Origin: Myxococcota bacterium | Lineage (GTDB): Bacteria; Myxococcota; JACRCW01 | NCBI GenBank assembly: GCA_040752415.1 | Contig: JBFMGU010000195.1 | Location: 1 to 17,974 of the forward strand | DNA length: 17,974 nt | Direction of reading: 5' to 3' | Part shown: one piece after another, positions 1-8,575 of the stretch | Position numbering within the stretch: position 1 is the first letter of the stretch | Layout: every line of letters begins with the position of its first letter | Position numbers and translations under genes: made by a program | The notes under the pieces: generated by a model | The model's database searches: none | The model's input: the letters and a program-made list of their open reading frames with translations, nothing else | Told to the model about the DNA's origin: nothing

Positions 1-1
1 G

Positions 2-760
2 CCCGAGCAGGCGGTGAAGAAGACCACCGGCACGCTGCGCATCATGACCGACCCGCCCGGCGCGGAGATCGTCGTCAACAAGGTGGTGCGCGGGAAGAGC
101 GCGGAGGCGCCGCTGCTCGTCGAGGAGCTGCCCGTGGACGGCGTGGCGGAAGTGGTGGCCCAGCTGGAGGGCTATGAGAAGGCGCGCCTGGAGGTCCCGC
201 TGGTTGCCGGCGAGATCATCACGCTGCCCGTCATCAAGCTGCGCAAGCCGCCCCCGCAGGGCGCCAAGGTTGGCTGGTTCGACATCACCAGCGAGCCCAG
301 CGGCCTCAAGGTCGTTCTCGACGGACGCAGCATCGGCCGCACGCCGCTCTTGCAGGTGGAGGTGAAGGACGGGAGCCACAGCATCGTCGTGGAGGGGCCC
401 TCCGGGTACGCGGACGTGCGCGACAGCCAACGGGCCCGCGCCGGCTCCCGCATGCCGCTGAACTACGTGCTGCGGAAGGAAGACGCGCCCCGCCCCCAGC
501 CGGCGGCGCAGTCGGATGGCACGGGCCGGATCGTCGTCGACACCTCTCCGTTCTGGACCAACGTCTACCTGGGCAAGAAGCTGCTGGGCCCCACGCCACT
601 CCCGCCCACCGAGGTGCCGGCCGGGAAGGTGACCCTCCGCCTGGTCCGCAAGGACGGCTGCAGCATCGACGTCACGCGCACCTTGGAGGTGCCGCCGGGC
701 GGTTTGGTGCGCAAGGCCATCCCCATTGATGTGAAGGATGCCAAGGGATCCTGTCAGTGA
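2..760 (+). CDS. PEGA-repeat protein, 5'-truncated by the window (possibly the extracytoplasmic C-terminus of a Ser/Thr kinase)
   Basis: The frame is open from position 2. Three PEGA-like units: GTLRIMTDPPGAEIVVN, GWFDITSEPSGLKVVLDGRSIGRTPL, GRIVVDTSPFWTNVYLGKKLLGPTPL. Strong GC3 codon bias. The kinase link is inferred from typical myxobacterial architectures and is not visible here. Confidence 0.85.
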   Translation, partial: PEQAVKKTTGTLRIMTDPPGAEIVVNKVVRGKSAEAPLLVEELPVDGVAEVVAQLEGYEKARLEVPLVAGEIITLPVIKLRKPPPQGAKVGWFDITSEPSGLKVVLDGRSIGRTPLLQVEVKDGSHSIVVEGPSGYADVRDSQRARAGSRMPLNYVLRKEDAPRPQPAAQSDGTGRIVVDTSPFWTNVYLGKKLLGPTPLPPTEVPAGKVTLRLVRKDGCSIDVTRTLEVPPGGLVRKAIPIDVKDAKGSCQ

Positions 761-1211
761 CGCTCCGGCCGCGGCCGACCCCGCGACGCTGGACCTGGAG
801 ACCTTCCGCGCCCGCTTCCAGCGACTGCGCGAGGCCTGGGCCGCCAATCCCGAGAACCCCGCCAGCTACGAGGTGGAGAGCTGCACGCGCTGCACCGCCT
901 GCCAGTTCTGCAAGGACTGCGAGGACTGCTACCGCTGCACCTACTGCACCTCGTGCACGGGGTGTTCCGGCTGCACGCGCTGCGTGGGGTGTGAGTCCTC
1001 CCACGGGTGCGCATACTGCGTGGACTGCACGCTCTGCACCGGCAGCAAGTACCTGGTGGCCTGTGAACGCTGCAGCGACTGCACCTACTGCTTTGCTTGC
1101 GTGGGCCTGGCGCGGAAGGACTTCCACATCCTGAACGAGCCGTATGACCGCAAGCGGTACTTCGAGATCGTGGAGCGGTTGACCCGGGAGCTGGGTATCC
1201 CCACGCCGTGA
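738..1211 (+). CDS. Cysteine-rich (Cxx)n repeat protein; family often labelled 'CaiB/BaiF family protein' without a CoA-transferase domain
   Basis: 22 Cys at period 3 (CTRCTACQFCKDCEDCYRC...CERCSDCTYCFACVGL), followed by the tail KDFHILNEPYDRKRYFEIV. Overlaps the upstream gene by 23 nt; start uncertain. Confidence 0.85.
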   Translation: MPRDPVSDAPAAADPATLDLETFRARFQRLREAWAANPENPASYEVESCTRCTACQFCKDCEDCYRCTYCTSCTGCSGCTRCVGCESSHGCAYCVDCTLCTGSKYLVACERCSDCTYCFACVGLARKDFHILNEPYDRKRYFEIVERLTRELGIPTP

Positions 1212-1305
1212 GTCCATGCCCAACGGGGCGCGTCCTGTACTAGGGTGCGCGCGGCTGCGGCGGAGGCGCGGGCGCCCGTGGGTGGGCTGCTCCAGGCCAG
1301 CGGAT

Positions 1306-1314
1306 TGCTATGCT
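1306..1314 (+). promoter_or_regulatory. Putative extended -10 promoter element (TGcTATGCT) for the TPR/SDR genes
   Basis: TG-n-TATGCT in the intergenic region, about 40 nt upstream of ATG 1355. Confidence 0.4.
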
Positions 1315-1354
1315 GCCAACGCTGTTCCGTCGCCGTCCAAGGACCCTCATCCCC

Positions 1355-2503
1355 ATGGCCTTCCCCACCACCCCGCTCCGCTTGCTCTGCCTTGCCGCTG
1401 CCCTCGCGTTGGCGTCGTGTCGACCGCCGCCGCCGGTGGGGCGCGCCGCGGACCCCACGCCCAAGGGCCCCAGCCCCGGCTCCAACGTCAGCTCGGAGAA
1501 CGCGGAGCTGCTGCGCAAGGTGGACGCGCTGCAGAAGGAGCTGAAGGACAAGCCCAAGAGCACCGAGGTCAAGCTGGCCCTGGGCCGCCTGTACTACGAG
1601 GCCGAGCGCTTCCTCGACGCCACGCTCATGTTCCGCCAGGTCATCGACGACGACCCGAACAACGTGGAAGCGCGCAAGATGCTGGGCAACTGCTTCTTCT
1701 TCGTCGGGAACCCGGACCTGGCGTTGCAGATGCACGAGGAGGTGCTGCGTCAGAACCCCAATGACGTCGACAGCCTCTTCTTCCGCGGCGCCATCCTTCT
1801 CGAGAGCAAGCCCCAGGACAAGGAGGCGCTCAAGAAGGTGGAGGAGTCCTGGGTGAAGTTCCTGGAGCTCACGCCGGGGCACATGCGTCGGGGAGAGCTG
1901 GAGCGGCAGCTGGAGATTGTGCGCCAGGCCATCCGCGGGGAGATCGTGCTGGGCGGTCCCACGGGGCCGGCGCGCACCGAGGAGCAGGCCGTCCCCGCCG
2001 GAGACAACCAGGGCGTCATGGGCGGCGCCTCCGACTTCCAGGGCGGCCCGCCCGCCGGTGGTGGTGGCCCCGGCCCGCGCTTCAAGAAGGGCACCCGCGT
2101 CCCCGCGCTGGCGGCCAATGCCTCCAACCTGGAGCGTCGTCGGGCGGAGGCGCTGGACGCGTTGGATGAGGGCCGATTCTTCGACGCCAAGACCGCCGCG
2201 GAGGCCGCGCTGCAGGAAGCCTCCGACGACGCCGAGCTGAACGTGGCCAAGGCGCGCGCCATGACCCAGCTGGGTGAGGCGCAGGGCGCCATCCGCCTCT
2301 ACGGTGAGGTCATCAAGAAGAACCCCAAGTACAGCCCCGCGTGGCACTACCTGGGCATGGCCCACATGATGGGCGGCGACCCCAAACGCGCCGCGCAGAC
2401 CTGGCGGGAGCTCATGGAGTTTGACCCGGGCTACGCCTCCCAGCACCGCCTGGACCAGCGCGCGCAGATGGCCGAGCGCATGGCCCGCAACCAGGGTCAG
2501 TGA
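1355..2503 (+). CDS. Tetratricopeptide-repeat lipoprotein
   Basis: Signal peptide with lipobox (MAFPTTPLRLLCLAAALALASC). TPR helices (LALGRLYYEAERFLDA..DDDPNNVEARKMLGNCFF; PKYSPAWHYLGMAHMMGGDPKRAAQTW). A Gly/Pro-rich linker separates two TPR blocks. ATG 1355 is preferred over 1310 because it places the signal peptide at the N-terminus. Confidence 0.85.
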   Translation: MAFPTTPLRLLCLAAALALASCRPPPPVGRAADPTPKGPSPGSNVSSENAELLRKVDALQKELKDKPKSTEVKLALGRLYYEAERFLDATLMFRQVIDDDPNNVEARKMLGNCFFFVGNPDLALQMHEEVLRQNPNDVDSLFFRGAILLESKPQDKEALKKVEESWVKFLELTPGHMRRGELERQLEIVRQAIRGEIVLGGPTGPARTEEQAVPAGDNQGVMGGASDFQGGPPAGGGGPGPRFKKGTRVPALAANASNLERRRAEALDALDEGRFFDAKTAAEAALQEASDDAELNVAKARAMTQLGEAQGAIRLYGEVIKKNPKYSPAWHYLGMAHMMGGDPKRAAQTWRELMEFDPGYASQHRLDQRAQMAERMARNQGQ

Positions 2504-2536
2504 CGTCGTCACCAACAGTTCTTCCCGGAGTCACCC

Positions 2537-3352
2537 ATGTCACTCAAGGGCCGCGTGGCGGTCATCACTGGAGCTTCCCGTGGCATCGGCCGCGTCATCG
2601 CCTTGGCGCTGGCCCGGCAGGGCGTCGACGTCGTGCTGGCGGCCAAGACCGTGGAGCCGCATCCCAAGCTGCCCGGCACGCTGCTGGGCGTGAAGGCGGA
2701 GGTGGAAGCGCTGGGCGTCAAGGCCCTGGCCGTGCAGACCGACGTGCGCGACGAGACCCAGATCGAGCGGCTGCGCGACGAGACGCAGAAGGCCTTTGGT
2801 CGCTGCGACATCCTCATCAACAACGCCGGCGCATTGTGGTGGAAGAACGTGCTGGAGACACCGGCCAAGCGGTTTGACCTTGTCGTGGGGGTCAACGCAC
2901 GGGCCGCGTTCCTGTGCGCGCAGGCGTTCCTGCCCCTGATGATGGAGCGCAAGTGGGGCCACATCATCAACATGAGCCCGCCCATCGACCTCCGCTATGC
3001 GCCCGGGCACGTGGCCTACCTCATCAGCAAGTACGGCATGACGCTCTTGACCCACGGTCTGGCCGAGGAGGTGCGGGACCACAACATCGCCGTGCACAGC
3101 CTGTGGCCCGCCACGGCGGTGGAGTCGGAGGCCACGCGGCAATGGGGCCTGGGCGACGAGAGCCAGTGGCGCAAGGCCGACATCCTGGCCGACGCCACGC
3201 TGGCGCTGGTGCAGAAGGAGCCCTCCGTCCGCAGCGGGAAGGCGTGGATCGACGAGGACGTGCTCAAGGCGGAAGGCGTCACGGACTTTGAGAAGTACAA
3301 CTGCGTGCCGGGTGGGACGCCGCTGCGCATTGACTTCCTGCCGACGATGTGA
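2537..3352 (+). CDS. Short-chain dehydrogenase/reductase (HSDL2-like NAD(P)-dependent oxidoreductase)
   Basis: TGASRGIG cofactor motif, LINNAG, catalytic YLISK. AAKTVEPHPKLPGT and SLWPAT are characteristic of the HSDL2-like subfamily. SD GGAG upstream. Confidence 0.92.
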   Translation: MSLKGRVAVITGASRGIGRVIALALARQGVDVVLAAKTVEPHPKLPGTLLGVKAEVEALGVKALAVQTDVRDETQIERLRDETQKAFGRCDILINNAGALWWKNVLETPAKRFDLVVGVNARAAFLCAQAFLPLMMERKWGHIINMSPPIDLRYAPGHVAYLISKYGMTLLTHGLAEEVRDHNIAVHSLWPATAVESEATRQWGLGDESQWRKADILADATLALVQKEPSVRSGKAWIDEDVLKAEGVTDFEKYNCVPGGTPLRIDFLPTM

Positions 3353-3372
3353 GGGCGGTGGCGTCGAGAAAT

Positions 3373-3760
3373 GGAAGTCAGAAGTCAGAAGTCAGAAGGG
3401 CACAGGTCCCGCGCCAGGGTTGGCGCTGCGCCAGGACAGGATGCCATCGGGGCTGCGATGTCGTGAGCGGGCCGCGACCTGGAGTGCGGCGGGCCCTCGC
3501 CGACCTGGCCAGCGCCGAGTGCGTCCTCAGCGGCCCCATTGGAAATCCGGGGGTTCGCGACGACGGGAAAACCCGCGCGGCTGCGCGTGGTGGACTGCCG
3601 GCGGTGCGGAACCCTCTCGGCGCTGACCAGGGCGGCGAGGGCCCGCCGCACTCCAGGTCGCGGCCCGCTCAAGACGTCCGCAGTTCCGACAGGCATCTGT
3701 CCGGGCTCAGCCGCTCCTGCCTTCGCGTCAACCCATTCTGACTTCTGACTCCTGACTTCC
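3373..3760. repeat. Long nested imperfect inverted repeat (~390 bp), REPIN/MITE-like extragenic element
   Basis: Terminal arms 3373-3397 and 3736-3760 match at 24/25 (three GAAGTCA heptamer units). Inner arms 3464-3519 and 3616-3671 match at 54/56. The intervening segments 3434-3463 and 3672-3702 also pair imperfectly. Confidence 0.9.
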
Positions 3761-3842
3761 TTCCCAGGCCCACGTCGTCCTTCCACGGTCCCCTCAGCCC
3801 CCTGCTGACGCCGCGTCCCATCTGCGCTAGGGAACGCCCGCC

Positions 3843-5315
3843 ATGGCCATCCGGCACACGGACGTCTTGATCATCGGGGGAGAGCTATCCGGCGCGGTGG
3901 CGGCGGCGGTGTGCGCTCGCGCGGGTCGACGCGTGGTGGTGCTGGAGGAAGGGGAGGGCGCGGATGACGTCGCGGTGGGCGGCGTGCTGGTTCCCCCCGT
4001 CGACGATCTCTGGCCCAACCTGGACGGCCTGGCTCGCGCCAAGGGCGTGCTGGAGGCGCTGGCCATGCACGGGGAGCTGCGTCGGATCATGCCGCTCTCC
4101 GACGTCAGCGTGCAGGTCCTCCACCCCGAGCACCGGCTGGACCTGTTCGCGGAACCGGCGCGTCGCAAGGCGGACCTGCTGCGTGAGGCCGGGGAAGCCG
4201 GGGCGCAGGCCGCCTCCCGTCTCGACGAGGACGTGCAGGAAGAACGGCTGGCCTCCGCCGTGGTGGACACCGTGGACCCGCTCACCGACGTGGGCTTCTT
4301 TGCCACCCGACGCGTGAAGGGCGCCTACCGCGACGCGTACACGCCGGTGAAGACCTCCCGCGCCCTGGAGCACGGCGCCGACGTGGATTGGCTCCGCGCG
4401 GGCCTGGGTGGTGCGTTGGCGTTCCTCTCCAACGGCGCCTCGCCGCCACCGGCGGTGCAGAGTCGGTTGGTGCGCGCGTTGCTCATGGGTGTGCACGTCT
4501 CGCCGGTGGGCGGGCGCGCGGCCCTGCGACAGTTGCTCCTGGACGCGGCCAAGCAGCGGGGTGCGGAGATCATCCGCGACGAGCGCGTGGCGGCGTTGGT
4601 GGTGGACTCCGGCCGCATCAGTGAGGTGCGCATGGGCGGTCGCGGGGAGGCGCGCTCCGCCAAGGTGATCGTCGACGCCACGTGGTCACGCGACCTGGGT
4701 GAGCGTGTCTCGCCGGAGAAACATGCCAAGCGGCTGGAGCAGGCCATGGGCAGCGTGCAGCCCGAGCGTGTGCGCGCCGCCGTGGCCTGGGTGGTGAAGA
4801 AGGAGGGCGTCCCGCCAGGCCTGGGCGAGCGCGCCATCCTCCACGCCGACGGGGAAGGCCCCGGGAGCGAGCCCGCGCTCCTGCTGTGCGAGCGCCAGCC
4901 CGTGCACCCCGAGACGCGCAAGGTGGTGCCCGGGCTGTCCGTCATCTCCGCGTCCGTTCCCGTGGCCCCTGGTGACGTCGACGCGGCGTGTGCGCGACTC
5001 TCCGCGCGCCTGGATGCGCTCCTGCCTTTCACCCGGAAGCACCTCGTCGAGGCGCGCAACCTGGGGGCGGCCCGCCTGGAAGCCTCCCGCACCGCCATCT
5101 ACCGCGGGCCGGAGGAGCCCATGGAGCTGGGCGGGCGCGGCCTGGAGGGCGGGTTGAAGGGCCTCCTGCGCGCGGGTCGCGACGTGGCGCCGGCGTTGGG
5201 CGTGGAAGGCGAGCTGTGGGCCGGTCACGCCGCCGCCATCTGGGCCGAGAAGATGTTGTCCCGCAAACCCCTGTTCGGCGGTCAGGCGGATGAATCCCCG
5301 TCCGGTCCGCGCTGA
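3843..5315 (+). CDS. FAD-dependent oxidoreductase-like protein (phytoene desaturase superfamily)
   Basis: N-terminal Rossmann-type DVLIIGGELSGAVAAAVCARAGRRVVVLEE; central GGRAALRQLLLDAAKQRGAEII...V; C-terminal LKGLLRAGRDVAPALGVEGE. Confidence 0.8.
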   Translation: MAIRHTDVLIIGGELSGAVAAAVCARAGRRVVVLEEGEGADDVAVGGVLVPPVDDLWPNLDGLARAKGVLEALAMHGELRRIMPLSDVSVQVLHPEHRLDLFAEPARRKADLLREAGEAGAQAASRLDEDVQEERLASAVVDTVDPLTDVGFFATRRVKGAYRDAYTPVKTSRALEHGADVDWLRAGLGGALAFLSNGASPPPAVQSRLVRALLMGVHVSPVGGRAALRQLLLDAAKQRGAEIIRDERVAALVVDSGRISEVRMGGRGEARSAKVIVDATWSRDLGERVSPEKHAKRLEQAMGSVQPERVRAAVAWVVKKEGVPPGLGERAILHADGEGPGSEPALLLCERQPVHPETRKVVPGLSVISASVPVAPGDVDAACARLSARLDALLPFTRKHLVEARNLGAARLEASRTAIYRGPEEPMELGGRGLEGGLKGLLRAGRDVAPALGVEGELWAGHAAAIWAEKMLSRKPLFGGQADESPSGPR

Positions 5316-5341
5316 GCCTCATTGCCCGCCAGGAAGTCATC

Positions 5342-5928
5342 ATGTCCCTTCCCCGCCTGTTGCCGTTCTCCCTGGCCGCCCTGGTGGCCTGCTCCACCTC
5401 GCAAAGCGCCGAGACGAAGAAGACCCCGCCCGCTGACGTCGTCACCGACGGGGGTGCCGCCCAGCCCGCCGGCGCTTCGACCGACGGGGGAACGCCCCCG
5501 GTGACGTCGTTGGAAGGCCTCCCCGACCCCGGTCTCGCTCCCGGCGCCTGGCTGGCCTACGACACCCGCGGTGCCTTCAGCCCGTACCTGGCCACCCACG
5601 TGGACGTGTTCTCCGACGGGACGGTGAAGTGTTTCCGTCGGGTGCGGATGGCGCCGGACCAGGTGGCCACGCTCACGCTGGCGGACGCCGAGAAGGCCGC
5701 GCTCACCAACGCGGTGACCCAAGACAAGCCCGCGGACGCGCGCCCCGTGCTCCGTCAGGGCATGGTGATGGACATTGGCACCACCACCGTCAGCGCCCAG
5801 CTGGAGGGCCGGGTTGTCAGCCTGGTGGTCGACGGGAAGAACAACGTGGAGCCACCCCCCACCAACCTCACGCTTCAGCTCGGGGCGTTGGCGCAGCGCT
5901 GCCTGGGAAGCCGGCAGGGAGGCGCGCA

Positions 5929-5932
<4 letters not shown>
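5342..5932 (+). CDS. Hypothetical lipoprotein
   Basis: MSLPRLLPFSLAALVAC lipobox, a low-complexity linker, then a globular domain. Its stop overlaps the next start (GTGA at 5929-5932). Confidence 0.8.
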
Positions 5933-6870
<938 letters not shown>

Positions 6871-6884
6871 GGAGAAGAGCACGC

Positions 6885-7313
6885 ATGGCCGGATCCAAGG
6901 TTGGTGGCGAGGTCGACTGTTTCTGCACGCGCTGCAAGATGGTGCTGGCGCACACCGTGCTGGCCATGGTGGGAACGCGCCCCGCGCGTGTGCAGTGCAA
7001 CACCTGCCACACCGACCGGAACTATCGTCCTGTCGACGGGGAGGACCGCGCGCCGCGTCGCCGGGAGCCCGCGGAACCGGCCAAGCCCGGCCGCGCCGGC
7101 GTGGTGCGGGAGAGCGACTACGACCGCCTCATGAAGAACCGCGACCTGTCCCGCGCACCCCGCTACAGCGTCAAGACCACCTACGCGCTGGAGACGGTGA
7201 TCGATCACCCCACGTTCGGACTGGGCCTGGTGACGTCGGTGAAGGGGCCGGACAAGGTGGAGGTGCTCTTCCGCGACGGGCCCAAGGTCCTGGTGCACGG
7301 CAAGGGGGGTTGA
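6885..7313 (+). CDS. Small Zn-ribbon protein with a C-terminal Tudor/SH3-like beta domain
   Basis: SD GAGGAG, ATG 6885. Two CxxC pairs (CTRC, CNTC). C-terminus YALETVIDHPTFGLGLVTSVKGPDKVEVLFRDGPKVLVH. Confidence 0.85.
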   Translation: MAGSKVGGEVDCFCTRCKMVLAHTVLAMVGTRPARVQCNTCHTDRNYRPVDGEDRAPRRREPAEPAKPGRAGVVRESDYDRLMKNRDLSRAPRYSVKTTYALETVIDHPTFGLGLVTSVKGPDKVEVLFRDGPKVLVHGKGG

Positions 7314-7349
7314 CGCGTTGTCGACGTCACGGCGCTCCCCGCCGCACCA

Positions 7350-8549
7350 TCACGGAATGGCCACGTAGCTGAGGAAGGCGCTGGAGGAATCCCACTCCGG
7401 ACCACCGCCCGCCGCGCGGTTCTGAGCCTTGTAGCGCTCGTCGTCGTCGAAGAGGACGGCGGCGCAGTGCGGTCCCAGCTGCACCACGGCCTCGGGTTTG
7501 TGGTCGGTGAACTCCGCCAGCAGTCCCATGGACCACGACGCACCCGGCTGCTTCCACGGCTCCCCGACGGTGCTCACCCACGCCTGCCCCGCCACCACGC
7601 GCTTGCCCACTTGGTCCATCTCCTTGCTCGCGGTGATGGCCACGCGCCCGTCGGAGAGCACGGTGATGTCACTGAGGCCCAGCTCGGCGGGATTCAGCGT
7701 GCCGCCGGTGGGCGGGGTGATCTCCACGGCACGCGCCTGGCCGCTGGCCACGTCCACCAGCACCACGCTCATGGACAGCGCGTCGCCGCGGCCCACGTTC
7801 TTCTGTCGCGCGGCAATGAGGGCGGTGGTCCCGTCGGCGGTCATCGCCACGCCTTCCACGCGCACGTCGAGGGCACCCAGCGCCTGGAGCACCGTTTCGC
7901 GGCTCACGTTCGGCAGTGGGACGGGGCTCTCGCCCGCGCGCTCCACGCGCAGCACATGGTTGTTCTCCTGGCACGCGAAGCCCATGTTGGCGCCCAGGTA
8001 CAGCGCGTGTGGCGTGCTGGCCGCGCCTTCCACCTTCAGCCATGGCAACGGGGAGCCCAGCGCCACGGCGTGATCACCGCAGGTCTCCGCGGCCTTCTGC
8101 CGCTTGATGGCGTCACCCCAGTCCCCGGGCTGCTGCGCACAACATGAGGCGGACGAGCTCCCCTGGGTCAGCGGGAAGGACCACGCGGGATCGTCGACCA
8201 CGTCGGAAGTGCCTGGGCGCCACCACCACAGGTGCACCTGCTTGTCACCGGCAATGGCCACGCGTCCGTCCCACACCGCGGCCGCCGAGGGCTCGAAGCG
8301 CGTGCCCGCCCCGCTGGCGCGAATGGGCATGGGCGCGGTGGCGCCGCTGGCGGGACACAGCCCGGACCAGGCGGGATCCCACGCGGCATGTCCACCCGCG
8401 GCCGGCGCGCCCGACGACGAGCTGGCCGACGGTGCCGCACTCTCGGCGGGTTTGTCCTGCACGGCTTCCCCGCGTCGCGACGCACAACCTGCAACCAGTG
8501 CTGCGCACACGCACGCGACCGACAGGGTGATGGGGGATTGAAGGGGCAT
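7350..8549 (-). CDS. Lipoprotein with probable beta-propeller domain (DUF3616-like)
   Basis: MPLQSPITLSVACVCAALVAGC lipobox and a Ser/Ala linker. Repeated blade-like motifs FEPSAAAV, KVEGAA, RVEGVA, GLSDIT, HKPEAVV..AVLFDDD. The track's 752-aa ORF is over-extended across the upstream gene. Confidence 0.75.
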   Translation of the reverse strand: MPLQSPITLSVACVCAALVAGCASRRGEAVQDKPAESAAPSASSSSGAPAAGGHAAWDPAWSGLCPASGATAPMPIRASGAGTRFEPSAAAVWDGRVAIAGDKQVHLWWWRPGTSDVVDDPAWSFPLTQGSSSASCCAQQPGDWGDAIKRQKAAETCGDHAVALGSPLPWLKVEGAASTPHALYLGANMGFACQENNHVLRVERAGESPVPLPNVSRETVLQALGALDVRVEGVAMTADGTTALIAARQKNVGRGDALSMSVVLVDVASGQARAVEITPPTGGTLNPAELGLSDITVLSDGRVAITASKEMDQVGKRVVAGQAWVSTVGEPWKQPGASWSMGLLAEFTDHKPEAVVQLGPHCAAVLFDDDERYKAQNRAAGGGPEWDSSSAFLSYVAIP

Positions 8550-8575
8550 GTTGTTCTCGAGGGGAGATTGCGGCG

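Noticed and set aside
870..1110. Multiheme cytochrome c or ferredoxin call for the Cys-rich protein
   Set aside because: No CxxCH motifs, no signal peptide, and no CxxCxxCxxxCP ferredoxin spacing.
1085..2515. 476-aa - strand ORF and similar long antisense ORFs (5875-6882, 8723-10234, 10105-11496, 10310-11572)
   Set aside because: Shadows of strongly supported genes on the opposite strand, with no domain signal.
3373..3760. CRISPR array or autonomous IS element
   Set aside because: The repeats are inverted rather than direct repeat-spacer units; there is no cas gene or transposase and no evident target-site duplication.
3288..3857. Short ORFs across the palindromic element (3288-3626, 3349-3741, 3385-3786, 3539-3748, 3669-3857)
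   Set aside because: No codon bias or recognisable domain. The SQKSEVR-type peptides are simply translated heptamer repeats, and the mirror-image ORFs arise from the inverted repeat.
5629..5928. Extended N-terminus of the MoxR ORF
   Set aside because: Off-frame overlap with the lipoprotein gene; the GTGA coupling at 5929 is the plausible start.
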